From assembly GCF_018350175.1 (NCBI RefSeq), contig NC_058368.1, positions 58,778,001 to 58,842,000 on the forward strand: DNA of 64,000 nt, given 5' to 3'. Below the pieces are notes generated by a model. It saw only the letters and a program-made list of their open reading frames with translations. It had not been told where the DNA came from and ran no database searches. Positions 12,157 through 25,538 of this stretch are shown in pieces; positions within the stretch are counted from its first letter, which is position 1; the number at the start of each line of letters is the position of its first letter. The position numbers and the translations under genes were made by a program. Source of the stretch: Felis catus. Its lineage: Eukaryota.

Positions 12157-13139
12157 GTAATCTGGGAACCAACCTATTTTCTATAACAAAGGCCAAGACT
12201 CAATCACTATTATTATGCAGAACTGATCTGTAATTTAAGCCTCTTCTTGTGAATCCCCCAGGTATTTTCTCACCATCATCACTGAGGTGACTTATTCTGT
12301 GTCCAGTTCACTGAAACTCCCCAGACCCAGATGCTTTGATAGACCGATATTTAAGAATTTTGCCCTTATTTACTTTCATCCCTCAAGTAAAGCCAGGATA
12401 GCTTTTCTCCCACCTATTTTTCAGAAATCACAGCTGCTGTGACAATAACTGCTTAGTGTGTAGAATACCTTAGAGATATATTATTTTAACAATTCTTGTT
12501 AATAATATGAATTTTGGTGAACTGTAATGTTGGAGAAAAAGACTCCATAAATTGTATGTCCTTTTCTGTATCTTCTGTTAATTAGACTTTACAATAAAAA
12601 ATTTTAAAGCACATGTACTGAAATCAAAGGCCGTGAATACTTAACACTGATATGTAAGTGTTTATAGTACGGGTTATAGACTATTCCAGCAATTTGTGTG
12701 AAGGGTACCAGCTAGTACAACATTTCATATTATGACATTTTCTCTCAAAATTATGCCATGATTTCCTTCTCTCAACCTCAAAATCTCTACACCATCAACC
12801 TCAGGCCTCACTTTATCAAAATAAGAACAAAAACAAAAAGATCCTGAAATCAAGTCTGTCCCACTATTTATCTCCATTAACATTAACTCATTATTTAATT
12901 TTATGGAATCTAGGGTTAATTTATTATATAATAGAGTTGTGTTATAATTAATAATGAAATCATTATTAATTATAAATCTTAGTGAGCTATTAGCAACTCA
13001 ATGTATAATATTTAATACAGATATATTTATCAAGACACATATGAAAAATTATTTGTTCCATAAAACTGAAACCCATTACCTTAAAAATAAAAAAAAAATT
13101 TAAAAACCTCACTTTGTAAGAAAATGTAGTATAAGTAAT

Positions 13140-13380
13140 TCAGTGATATGGTTTGGATTTTAATACCACTGAGCAACTGAAGTCAATCCTGGCTCCTCTT
13201 TTTTTTTTCCTTTGTGACTTTGAGCATATCATTTATTTTCTCATGTATTTTTCATCTGTAAAGTGGATGTTACAACAGCACTCGTATTCCAGTTTTCCAT
13301 CAGGATTAATTTCAATATTGTAAATGAGCATCTTAACAATTTATTATATATATAAAGCACTCAATAATTATTAGCTATGA
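13140..13380 (+). mobile_element. MIR
   Basis: tcaatcctggctc...tgtgactttgagca...ttcatctgtaaagtgga...aagcactcaataattattagctat. Confidence 0.7.
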
Positions 13381-14417
13381 TGAATATTTTTATTATCAAG
13401 TTACTTTAAGCTCACTCTTTACTGTTGGTGTTATATGGAGTGCTGTCTTCCCAATAACTTGACATATTTCTACAATAGAGATGACAGTCAATGTCTCCAC
13501 TGACCTCTTTCTAGGCACAATGTTGCTAATTGGCTTCCTATGCCTGAGCACCCACTTTCCTGGGCCAGGCATAATTGCACTTTTATATCTTAGTAAACTG
13601 ATACAGTAGCTCATAGCACATGACATAGCATTCTGAGTAAATATTTGTAAACAAGTCACAACATGAAATTTAAAACTTATTTCTGTAAGGAACTGAAATC
13701 TAAAATAGTAGGTGGTGGTGTTCAAACCTGGATATGGGTTCACCTTAATATGAATCAATGTGGATCTGTTTACTCAGATCCCATTTTCCCTTCTCTTATT
13801 CAACTATACTTGCTTCAAGGCCTTCATTACTAATAAACAAAAATGCCGTGATTTCCTTTGCACCTACCCAAAGTACATTGAGTACTGATTCTTTATCAGT
13901 TGTCTTCCATAGGATTCTTTGTTTCCTCCCACTTTGCTTTACAAAATTCTGGCTGGTTGCCTTATTTTTTAGACATGCATGAAATAGCTTACCTCTTTTT
14001 CTAACGTGACAGCTCTTTGTGCAAATGTGCTCTATCTGTAAACCATGTTCTCCTGGCTGCAGTTTTTCCTTTGCTTGTTCTGTGTCCTGAGGCACCTAGA
14101 GAAACATTTACAATTCCTTTTAGCAAAACTGGTAAAGGTAAGTGAAAAAAGTGAGTCTTCCTTCTCAGGGTACCATGGCATTTAACATATAATCTTGAAT
14201 AAATCTCTGTTTACCTCTACTCCTAAATCAGTTTGATCAACTTGTTACTATATAATCACTTTACAAGCAATATTGCATGGTTACTAAATCATTAGTGTAA
14301 TCCCCATTCAGCAGGTTTGAAACCAACTGTCCCTCTGACTCCTCTACTTATGTTAAAATCCCACAACTGTTCTAGCTCAGCAAGATTTAAAATATCTGAA
14401 ACAGCTTTAGGATATCT

Positions 14418-14642
14418 TTCTTTTTTTTAAAAAAATTAATGTTTATTTATTTTTGAGAGAGAAAGAGAGAGACAGAGCATAAGCAGGGGAGGGACAGAGA
14501 GAGAGGGAGACACAGAATCCGAAGCAGGCTCCAGGCTTGAGCTGTCAGCACAGAGCCCGACGCGGGGCTCGAACTCAAAACCATGAGATCATGACCTGAG
14601 TTGAAATTGGACACTTAACCAACTGAGCCACCCAGGCTCCCC
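14418..14642 (-). mobile_element. Can-SINE
   Basis: Antisense SINE body; degenerate TSD at 14401-14417 and 14643-14659. Confidence 0.93.
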
Positions 14643-15435
14643 ATAGCTTCAGGATTTCTAACAGCTTTGAACCAGTATCTTTTTTTTTTTTTCAAAATCC
14701 TGATGAGGTTTTCTTTATCATATCCATATCTTAGTTTCCATTCTCATAAAACCACCTAACCTTTGGCCCTTACTGTCATGTGTCTTTATGCTTTAAAGGC
14801 GTTACAGACTCTTAATTAGTTTCCTAATCGACAATCTTTCTAATATTCTGGCATCAAGTTTTTTTCTAAAATATTACTTGAATGGTGGGTTTTAGCATCA
14901 GTTTTTAAATGTAGTATTAAAATGCTTAGATGTTCAATGTTTCAAGAAACTCTTGAAAAAAATCATATTTTTCGGAAGACTGAACATGCTGCCTATTGAT
15001 TTGTGTTGTCCTTTTATAATGTTTACTTAGCTGCCCCCAAATAATTTTTCAACTAAATATCATATTTTCTTTAAATATGCTCTGATTTTTTACTTAAAAT
15101 TAAGCCATTAATGGTTATATATGTGTCAGAAGTATATTGTTTCCTTATCAACATAATTGATAGGCAATCGTTTGAGCAACATAAATGTGACAGATATCTA
15201 TGACAATTATTTTTTGCAAAATTTATTAAATTAAATTAATCAATTAAAGTACTGAGATTTCCTCAAACTAATGTTTTGTCATTATAAGAATAGAAATAGG
15301 GGAAAATATAAAAGTAGGATGCATATATTGGAATTATTTTCACAAGAAAACATTCAGTCTTATATGCAGATTTAAATGTGTAGCACACATCATTTATTAT
15401 ATAGCATAAAATGGGAAAAGCATTAAAAGTAGAAC

Positions 15436-15654
15436 GGGGGCGCCTGGGTGGCTCAGTTGGTTGAGCGTGGGACTTCGGCTCAGGTCATGATCTCACAGCT
15501 TGTGAGTTAGAGCCCTGCGTCAGGCTCTGTGCTGACAGCTCGGAACCCTGGAGCCTGCTTCAGATTCTGTGCCTCCCTCTCTCTCTGCCCCAACCCACTT
15601 GCATTCTGTCTCTGTCTCTCTCAAAAATAAATAAACATTAAAAAAATTTTATTT
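15436..15654 (+). mobile_element. Can-SINE (host of a tail insertion)
   Basis: Full head and body; outer TSD taaaagtagaac at 15424-15435 and 15886-15897. Confidence 0.95.
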
Positions 15655-15871
15655 GGGGCGCCTGGGTGGCTCAGTCGGTTAAGCGCCCGACTTCGGCTTA
15701 GGTCATGATCTCACCGTCCGTGAGTTCGAGCCCTGCGTCGGGCTCTGTGCTGACAGCTCAGAGCCTGGAGCCTGCTTCAGATTCTGTGTCTCCCTCTCTC
15801 TCTGACCCTCCCCCATTCATGCTCTGTCTCTCTCTGTCTCAAAAATAAATAAACATTAAAAAAAATTTTTT
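15655..15871 (+). mobile_element. Can-SINE inserted in the tail of the preceding SINE
   Basis: Full head and body; own TSD aattttattt at 15645-15654 and 15872-15881. Confidence 0.95.
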
Positions 15872-17599
15872 AATTTTATTTAAAATAAAAGTAGAACCAA
15901 AAAAAGAGAACTACTATGTAAATGTAAATGCAAAAAGGAAGGGTTAGTTACAGATTGTAGGTCTATCACATTTTGGTGTAATCCCTTCAAACACCATACT
16001 TATTCTTAGTCTATTTTGAAGACCAAAAGGAGAAAAGCCACTACGCAAATCTCATATATTTGGAGATGAGAATAAATTGCATTCCACTAAAAGGTGTGGT
16101 GTGGTTTTTTTTTGTTGTTTGTTTTTTTTTGTTTGTTTGTTTGTTTTTTTGCTCTTGCCTACTTGAAGTAAATATTTACAAACATAGTGCATCTCACGGG
16201 TTGACAGTAAGTTTATTTCCCTGGTCTGTACTTTTAAAACAGAAATGAAACCAAGTAAAGAGGTGCATCAGTGATAAGAAGACCACTAAACAAAAGTTAC
16301 ATGTTTGAACCCTTCTTCTATTTAAAGATTTATTTTGAAGGAAACAACGAATCCTAGGTCTTGGAGATACAGCTAAACATTTTAATAGGCTCTGTTAAAG
16401 ACAAAAATGTTGCAGATGATTTTCACATCATCAGTAGGATGAGAGAGAACTTTTGAAGTTCCAATTGCAGCCTAGGGGAAAAAAAGCACTCACAAAACAG
16501 ATAAAAAATATAGTTGTCTGGGCACTGTAAGGAAGGGCTCCTAATTTCCCATGGTGATCACTTTGCTTGCTGCTGTGTAGATGGGAATTTGACGGAAACA
16601 TATGATTTGCTTGTAAATAGGGATGTTAGGTAGCTGTAGCCCAAGAATAAATTCATATTGCCTGAAAGGAACTGGAAATATTCTTCAAATATCTGTATTA
16701 TATCAGACATGGCATATACTTTCACATATTCTGTCTCCTGTGACCATAAAACAAACAAACCAAAGCAAAACAAAGCAAAAACAGAAGACAACGTTATTAT
16801 TTACCTGCCTTTTCATGGATATTACATATTCAGCAGTTACCACCAGCCAAGAATTTTATATACTTTATCTTACTTAGTAATCAGAACTATACTTCAAGTT
16901 TTGCATCAAAATACACACTTTGTCATGAATGAACAGAGGCTCCACTAGAGGTTAACTCAATTTATTTAATATGGCAAGTAAATGTTATGTCAGGAATGAA
17001 AAATTTCAGCTTTTACTTCCAAAGCATAAGTTACTTTTCCAACATTTAGCTACTTTTTGAAGAAGAGTATTCTACTAGGAAAATAAATAGAACATCATAA
17101 AAAAAAACTTCCCTTTATGTAACCATTTTAGCTGAGTGATATGAACTAAAATTATAGACAATTGATGGCAATTCTATAGACAAGTATAGAATATTGTCTA
17201 TTCAAGAGATAGACAGTAAATAAGAATTAAAAATAAATGGACTTCTCAATGCAAACAACATAGTGTAAACCATGAACATCTCAAAAGCTAGTATACTCCT
17301 ATTCATTCTTTTCCTATTTCACATCATTCATTTTCTATGTAGCTATGTTCAGTTTATAATTTTAATACTTTTCAAACACATCTAAGCCTTATTTCAGTAA
17401 CCCTATCTTATTTACCATAATAGCATATACAATTAACAAGTGTTAGTTCATCAACAAATATTCAGTTGATTGTTAATTAATAAATGTATTGACCAAATAA
17501 ATACCTCAGTACAAAAGTATATTGCCACACAAGTATAAAGTCACTTTTCTTCTAATGTTTTTGTTTTTTCTTCCTTGACCTCTTTATATTGTATGTCAC

Positions 17600-18075
17600 A
17601 AGAATTTTCTCTACCAGAGTAATTAGTCTGAGATGCCTTGAAACAGGGGCTGAGAAAAAGTGTTTTGTACACGTGGCTTCTTTAGCCTTGTAATTCCAAG
17701 ATGCAGGCTTAAATGGGCCTTGGGGACAGACTGTCAAAAAGATACAGCATTCAAAGATACTTTATCAAGTTGGCCACTGCTTCCGGAGCCTGGAGCTTAG
17801 TTCCATAGGACCTTATAAGACACCCTAAGAAATGTGCTGCAACACCTAAAGTTGCCCTCACTTCCAAATTGCCCAAGTATAAGTGCCAAGGTTTCTCCAG
17901 GTGGCCCGCTTTTTTGTATGAGGTAAGCCTGAGAGCAAAACATGATGTGTACATGCTACCAGACAGTCGTGAGATGTTATCACTTTGCACCTGTACAGAA
18001 CTGGTTGATGCAACTGGCTCATCAGGGATAAGAGGTGAATCAGAGAAGAAATGAAGTGATGCACAAGAGAAGAGA
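17600..18075 (-). mobile_element. ERV-L class LTR (LTR33-like), 3' LTR of the adjacent internal region
   Basis: aaacaggggctgag...ttatcaagttggccactgc...gagcttagttccataggacct resembles antisense LTR33-type LTRs; adjoins a PPT-like aaaggtggga on the minus strand (about 18078-18087). Confidence 0.55.
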
Positions 18076-18089
18076 GATCCCACCTTTGT

Positions 18090-20410
18090 ATCACTTCTCT
18101 TCACTTAGACATTCCATTCCCCATTCATCACGAAGTCCCAGTCAAGATAGCAGCTTTCCCAATCTCTACAAAAACTAAATGAAGAGGGAGAAGGGTTCAT
18201 GGGACAAGCTGCAGACGCCTGCTACCTGCATCTTGTCCTGGGGCCCTGATTGAAAGGAATCATCTCAGGTCTTTTCCAGCCATTTTAGAGCCTGCACTTT
18301 CTGTAGCCTGTACTTTAGATGGTCCAGGTTGCTTACCTGGTTGGATGACTGAGACCCTCACCCTCAAAGTATCTTAAACTTTAGTTTCCCTATCTATGCC
18401 AGGCTTGGGTTGTTGCAGTTGCTGTTCATGATTATCATTTGGCAAGGAAACCCCAAGAAATACCCCAGTGAATATCCTTCATTTTAGACATACCACAACA
18501 CTTTCTTATAATATAGAGACCACTAGAATGGCATTGAAATCGGGGTCACTGTTGCCATCATTGTAGTAATTCCTACATGTATCTGCTAGTCGACAGGCAG
18601 CAGGAGAATAAAGTGACCAGGTAGGTAGTGGCTGTTTCTTCTAGTTCAGTGGAACCTTTACTATGTCCCTATGGAAGTGTCCTTTAAGGAGGGCACTTGT
18701 GATGAGCACTGGGTGTTGTACACAAGTGATGAATCACTAAATTCTATACCTGAAACTAATCTTACACTGTATGTTAACAAGTTAGAATTTAAATAAAAAC
18801 TTGAAACTATTAAAAAAAAAAAGAAAGTGTCCTTTCCTCTAAAAACAATACCTTGGATATGGGAGCTCCTTAGGTAGTGCAGATGGGAAGCAAAAATTCT
18901 GCAGCTGGGTCTCAGGGAGTCATGGTGAGAAGAGCTAATCCTACTTAACAACTTTCGTCTCCTAAGTCTCGCACTCTACGTCAAAGGTGGATTTAGCATA
19001 CACACTGCATTCTGGAGGGCAGTGCTCAAGGGACACAGGGTGGCACAGGTACTACCATAACAGGTGGTAGTATATTTAGAGCTAGCATCAACAACATACT
19101 GCACTGCCCCTATTATGTAACAGGTTTGATATTTTCCTTCCCATAGTGTTGTCCTAAGCATTCTCTGCATGATCCCTATGCAATAGGAGTATCTGTCAAG
19201 GAATCAGTGCCAAATGTTCTTGTAATTTATTTGTGCTTTTTGAAACTGATTATGCCAAATCCTTTTTTTTTTTTGTCATTTCCATCACATAGTGGGTTAC
19301 TCCTGCAGTTGGCTGACTTTATGATTCAGTAGATCTAATGCTAACCAGCTCATGATAGGAAGTTCTGATTACACAGTTACTTGATGCCCACAGATGGATC
19401 TGTCATGATTCTTTTCCAAAGTCTTATATTATATCAAGGACTTCCTTTTCAAACTGAAACCAATTGCCTGCTCCCGAAAGCATAGACTTGCTCTAACACC
19501 TCAGGAATCTATCAAAAGTTATCATACTGAGGCTTAAAAGATACACCACACAGCACACTGGCCCAACACAGAATCCTTTAATATCACCAGATCATGCAGA
19601 AGATTGATTGTGTGCTTGCTCTGGGCCCTACAAAAATGATTAAATTGATGGTTTGAATTACCAAAAGATGGACCCATTTTTAAAAATAGTAACACCTTAA
19701 TAGAAAGAAGATGTGATGGTGACTAATACCTCTGCATCTTTTGAGGCTTTTATGTTGTTGCTCATTGCACTGCAATACCTCCTGGGGTACCATACTGTTT
19801 CTGAATTGCTATATTGACGAGGGAGAGGGAAAAGCCTTCATAAAGGCTTTTAGTCCACAGATCAGGAAATCGATAAGAGACTGTGGGCAGCTACTGAATA
19901 TATCTACCCTAATTATACACTAGGGGAGGAAACTAACCATAGAATTGGTCCCCAAACACTTATTGGATACAGTGTGAGATATATGAATTTGAAGTCCACT
20001 TTTTATTTAGACCTCATAAGCAATGAAGTTTTCTAGATTTCCTGTTATTACTGTCTATTCAGATGTATCCAGTAGTCTTCAGACTTTCTAGGTATTTCCC
20101 TTTGCTTAATACACATTAACCTGCTAAATGACTGCAACTATTTCTAGGGAAGGATTAGAGAAATGTTTCTGGACTCCTCGGTCCTTCTCAAAGGGTTCTA
20201 GTGCCTGTTCCACTTTCTATGCCAGTGGTTGACATCAGGTCTTATGTTAAAAACTCTTGGCTTTTTATCATATACTACTAAAAATGTTTTATGTAAGTCA
20301 AGGAATGCCCTTATCATTGTCCATCTTTTTATTTCCTTGTAGCTATATTATTTGTTAGTCGTAAGTAACTAATACATTAAGGAATCCTCAATCCTCTGCA
20401 CCATCAGTGG
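18090..20410 (-). mobile_element. Decayed, internally deleted ERV-L internal region (protease/RT start, RT-RNaseH connection, dUTPase-like 3' part)
   Basis: Minus strand matches recalled ERV-L pol tracts, e.g. gatattcagtagctgccc...ccccaggaggtattgcag...aaagatgcagagg; gggcatcaagtaact...cctatcatgagctgg; ttccactgaactagaag...cctggtcacttt; caactgcaacaacccaagcctggca...ccaggtaagcaacc; no intact ORF. Confidence 0.8.
18686..18824 (+). mobile_element. Carnivore L1 extreme 3' fragment inserted into the ERV-L
   Basis: aaggagggcacttgtgatgagcactgggtgttgta...cctgaaactaat...aataaa, poly-A; TSD aagtgtccttt at 18675-18685 and 18825-18835. Confidence 0.9.
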
Positions 20411-23400
20411 ACTTTTTTGATTGTCAGATATAGAGCCATTTAAAATATTTTAGTGGCATATAATACTTATATAAGGTATTGTATTATTTTTGATGAACCA
20501 TGGCATCTCCTACTATATGCTATTTGTATCTACACATCCTTACTCGAGGAAGAAAATAAATACCACAGTTATCCAGCATTGAAAACAAACATCTGTGTAT
20601 TTCTAAATTTAGCTCTCTACCTATTGGCTAATAGTCTGAATCTACTGTAAGTAGGCATATGCATTTTATTATTTACCTCATGTTAACCATAATTTATTAT
20701 AAAGTAAGCTAAACATTAATCAATTCTATTTTAATTCAGTTAGCTATTTATGTTTATCTCTAATTATTTTAAAATTTATTTTCTTTATGAAAAGCCATGC
20801 TTCATCTACCTAATAGTTCATATAGTCTAAACTTTGATTTCTCTATTATTAGAGTAGATGAAGGAACATCAAGACCATCAGCTTATTCAAAATTTGCTAG
20901 AAGTGTTTCATCTCTTTGGTAAATGCAAGTAATATAAACATCCCATACTTTTAGTTAAAAAATCACACATCATGAATCTTGTTTTCGAATTATCCATTCA
21001 CACAAAATTTTTACAAAATAGCAAAACTGATTTCAAAATTCATGTCTCCAAATGCACACACACAATTGCATATTACACTTTACTTGAAATTAATTGTAAA
21101 GAAAAGTAAATACTCTAGTTTTGTCTTTATATTCCTTAGTCACACAAAAGTGAATTATTAAAAGTGTATGTAGGATAGTGAACTTCTGTTTTCCTCCATT
21201 AGATACAGTTAGTTACATCTGACATTGAAAATAATATTATGACATGTTTTTGTGAGAGATCATATATAACAATTTCACTGTCTGCCTTTTTTGGGCAGTA
21301 GTTACATTTTAAAAATAAATCATCCATTAAAAAAAATCCAAATGTGTGTACATTGTAATTAAGTTGTTCAAGTGAACTTGTTTGCATCAATAAATGTTTA
21401 TAGTAAGAATGATATGAAAGTTGAAACTGGGCACTGTACCAGGAGATAGCAATATGTAACTACAAGCAACTAATGAAGTTTAACACCAGGTACCAATAGA
21501 ATTCATCACAGGAAGATAGAGCAATCAAGTGGATGATTCCTATGAGAGACCTGACTGCCAAGACAGGCAGCCAATAGGCACAAGCACTGAGTTTCTAACT
21601 TCATAATTAGATCACTTTCTGACTTTATTTTTCCTGTAACCAAATACATTTTAATAATCATGTATTCTGAAAGGCACAGAGACTTTCATGCATTCTTCCA
21701 TTCCAATCAACTTGTATACTGAAACAGTTTTACATGAGAACTAGGAGTTTTCTATGGGAGCTAGATAAGATTTTTATTGAAATGATCACTTTAAATCTTA
21801 ATAAATTCCCAAATATAAAATTAAGGCCTAGGAAAAAACAAGGCCAATCACAAACTACCTACTTGTGTTCCTGAGAAATTTCAAAACAAATTAGAAAAGA
21901 GCCAAATACCTATAATCTTCAGCTTTTCAGGTATAACACTGGTTTCCAAAAAGAAGAGTTGAATTTTACAAAGTGGTAACATTTAATACATTTTGAATAA
22001 AACATTTGTTTTTTTCAAAATCTATGATATAGTGTAAACAAAGGGCTTTCTTTAAAACTCACAAACACAGAATAAACTACAATATGGGTTTGACTAGAGG
22101 AATATGAATTAACATGAATATATTAGCAGGATTGGAGTCCAATGTTTATGGAAGGCATTAAAACTCCACCAAAACTTCAATGTTAAAATTCTCCTCATTC
22201 TAAGCAAGAATAATCCCTTCCCCATTCAAAAGATTTTAAACTCTCCTAGAAAGGATAACTCTGTTCTCCAAAAGAATGTACTCACATGAGCATATTTTCT
22301 TAATGGTTCACAATTGCAAAACCTAGCATCTGGCATAGGATCTAAGTAAACTATGCATAACACACATCATATATCTCACATTCATAGTTGATAATAGTAT
22401 TTTGTTAATAAGAAAATGTCTTAAATATGGGTCAATAATTTTCTCATTTTTTTTAGTATGAGTTGAGCTTGAAGCTGGTCATAACTGGATTTCAATGAAC
22501 TTTTTTTCCTCATGATTTGATGCTATATTCAAAACTAATAGAAGCTAAGAAAAGTTTTATGTTTATCAAAATCAATGACAAAGATTAGTAAAGTTTCATA
22601 TTTTACCATTATTTGGAAAACATCTTATAGGAAATATATTTGCATACTTGAAAGTTTAGCACATCATGTGGCATTGTTTATGGAATATTCATGTTAGTGA
22701 AAATGGATATCTCACCTTCTGTCTAACTGATTTGTTATTCTGAGACAATAGGAATGAAATTATGGCTAAGAAAATATGGCTTATTACAAGGGAAATTGCC
22801 ATCTGTAATCTTTCCTATTTCAATAGAGATTAAAAATGTCTTTGCTTTTCTTCATAGGTCTTTGTTTAATATGTTAAATAAACACAACTTATTTTAGATT
22901 TAAATATCCTTAATTAGTGGAAGCTAATTTTAGAAATGAATTTTGTCCTTTTGTTTATGACTTCTTTTGAGATCACTTATTACACATTTTGACCACTAAA
23001 TATTAAACCGTCAATTTGATCTGCATAGGGACTTTGTGTTATTCAAATATCATATATGAGACCATATCAATTACTCAACATCTAAAGATTTAGATAGTGG
23101 ACAATATTCAGGTACACAGTCAACAGGAAATCATATTTTAGAAAAAAATCAACTCTGAAATTTCATAGGAAGTATAATTGATTATTTACTAAAATGATTT
23201 ATTGTGATTTACCTGATTATTTGTGACTCATTTATACAGTGTGACTGAAGAGATCCAGATGCAGTTAGTGGCTTAAAAATATTTTGTAAAAATATTACCT
23301 GTGTTTTTTTTTAATTGAATTGAAAATAAGTTTGAATGTCTACAATTTGGAAATGTGCCCAATATATCCAAATGATGACTATGCCATCATCTTCCCTATG

Positions 23401-23530
23401 ACAATCACATCCTCTGCTACAAATAAAAAGGTAAATTTAGGGGTAAGATGTGGTAAATTGCTTTACGCTATTCTAAATGTGTGTCTTAATATGCCCCTTC
23501 TGGTCATGCATAAAACTTTTGTGACACATG

Positions 23531-23531
<1 letters not shown>

Positions 23532-23589
<58 letters not shown>

Positions 23590-23620
23590 GTATCTATCTG
23601 TCTATCTATCTATCTATCTA
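23532..23620. repeat. Compound microsatellite (TATATG)n followed by (TCTA)n
   Basis: Directly visible; explains the ICICIC ORF. Confidence 0.95.
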
Positions 23621-23795
23621 CATGCACATCTACATTAAAGTGGCTATAATATTTATGTTATTTGAAGATTAATAAATGGGATAAACACAGTAAATCTTTT
23701 TGATGCATATTCAAGATTTTAATCAATTTTCAGCCTTAAATATCTAATTTTTTACTTTAAAATATATATCCTTATTAGTTTTAAGCTTTCTTTTT

Positions 23796-24003
23796 TTTAA
23801 ATTTTTTAATGTTTATTTTTAGTTTTGAGAAAGACAGAGTGCAAGTGGGGAAGGGGCAGAGAGAGAGGAAGATACAGAATCAGAAGCAGGCTCCAGGCTC
23901 TGAGCTGTCAGCACAGCTGACAGGGGCTCGAACTCATGGGCCACGAGATCATGACCTGAGCTGAAGTCGGATGCCCAACCAACTGAGCCACCCAGGTGCC
24001 CCC
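23796..24003 (-). mobile_element. Can-SINE
   Basis: TSD taagctttcttttt at 23782-23795 and 24004-24017. Confidence 0.94.
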
Positions 24004-24124
24004 TAAGCTTTCTTTTTAATAAATACTTTTCAATCTTATTCAAGTTTACATATAAGATTTAAAAATTTGAAGGCTGTAATTGACTTTTTTCTCTAGACAG
24101 AACATTTTGTTTACCTTTACTCAG

Positions 24125-24245
24125 TACTCATCAAGATAAGTGTACTCTTAATCTCCTTTATGTGTTTCACCCAACCCTCTATCCACCTCCCCTCTGACAA
24201 CCACCAGTTTGTTCTCTGTATTAAAGAGTCTGAGTTTTTGTCTTT
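24125..24245 (-). mobile_element. Carnivore L1 3'UTR fragment
   Basis: ccacctcccctctgacaaccaccagtttgttctctgtattaaagagtctg. Confidence 0.75.
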
Positions 24246-24257
24246 TTTAAAAAAAAA

Positions 24258-24723
24258 AATTTATTAAGTTTATTTATGTATTTATTTATTTTTGAGAGAG
24301 AGAGAGAAAGAGAGCAAGCAGGGGAAGGGCAGAGAGAGAGGGAGAGAGAGAATTGCAAACAAGCCTACACTGTCAACACACTGTCAGCATGGAGCCCCAT
24401 ACAGGGATCAAACTCATCAACCATGAGATCATGACCTGAGCTGAAACCATGAGTTGGAGGCTTGGGCACCTGGGTGGCTCAGTGGGTCAAGTGACTGATT
24501 TGAGATCTGGTCATGATCTTGCGGTTCCTGGGTTTGAGCCCCGCGTTGGGCCCTGTGCAGACAGCTCAGAGCATGCAGCCTGCTTCAGATTCTGTGCCTC
24601 CCTTTCTGCCCCTCCTCCACTTGCACTCTGTCCCTCTCTCTCTCTCTCAAAAATAAATAAAACATTAAAAAAAATTTTTTTAAAGAGTTGGAGGCTTAAT
24701 TGAGTGAGCCACCCAGGAATCCC
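24258..24723 (-). mobile_element. Older Can-SINE split by a later SINE insertion
   Basis: Antisense body 24258-24463 resumes at about 24698 (aattgagtgagccacccaggaatccc). Confidence 0.9.
24464..24684 (+). mobile_element. Can-SINE nested antisense inside another SINE
   Basis: TSD gagttggaggctt at 24451-24463 and 24685-24697. Confidence 0.93.
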
Positions 24724-25324
24724 ATTTACAATAGAATAAATTTTCAAAAGCTTTCCTTTGACTCCATGAATTCTATGAAAAAAATTAAATCCTCACTAGG
24801 AAAACAACAACAACAACAACAACCTGATTCTCTATTTGAATAATCTGAGGACACTCATGTAAACCAGGCATAATTTAACTCTTTGAAATGTACTTCTTCT
24901 GGTAATGCAGTCAGCATATTAACATCTATTATTTTCTTTTATACCTGCCTCCCACCACATACACACATGAAAAATAAAAATAAAACCTGTAATTGAAAAT
25001 GGAAAATAAATAAATCACTTGATCCAAATGAAAAATCATACTTCACAGGGCAATATATAAATGTATGCTCTTCAAGTGGACGTGTTAAAAATTTGTGTGC
25101 ATCTTTTTATGTAAATAATAAACTTTGAAGAAAATGCTGAAGCAACTTTGAGCAGATGTCTGTGTTTTATGTAGTTTGTAATATCCTGATATCCTTCTGG
25201 TGTAAACTACATGGCATCAACTTTGAGAAATAGAAATTTGGATGGCAATTTTTTATTAAAAATGCTATATCGTTTCATTCATTTTTTTTGTTTATTGTTC
25301 TGTCAAAAATATAGTACAAAATAT

Positions 25325-25538
25325 GGGGTGCCTGGGTGGCTCAGTCAGTTAAGCATCCGATTTCATCTCAGGGCATGATCTCATTGTCCGTGGGTTCGAG
25401 TCCCCCATCGGACACTGTGCTGACAGCTCCGAGCCTGGCGCCTGCTTCAGATTCTGTCTCCCTCTCTCTCTGCCCCTCCCCCGCTTGCACTCTGTCTTTC
25501 TTCCTCAAAAATAGATAAATGTTAAAAAAATTTTTTTG
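25325..25538 (+). mobile_element. Can-SINE
   Basis: Head, body, tail; TSD approximately aatata(g/c)tacaaaata. Confidence 0.93.

Noticed and set aside
23320..23649. ORF with ICICIC repeat; also HTHTHT ORFs at 47767, 48654 and 43224
   Set aside because: Microsatellite translations
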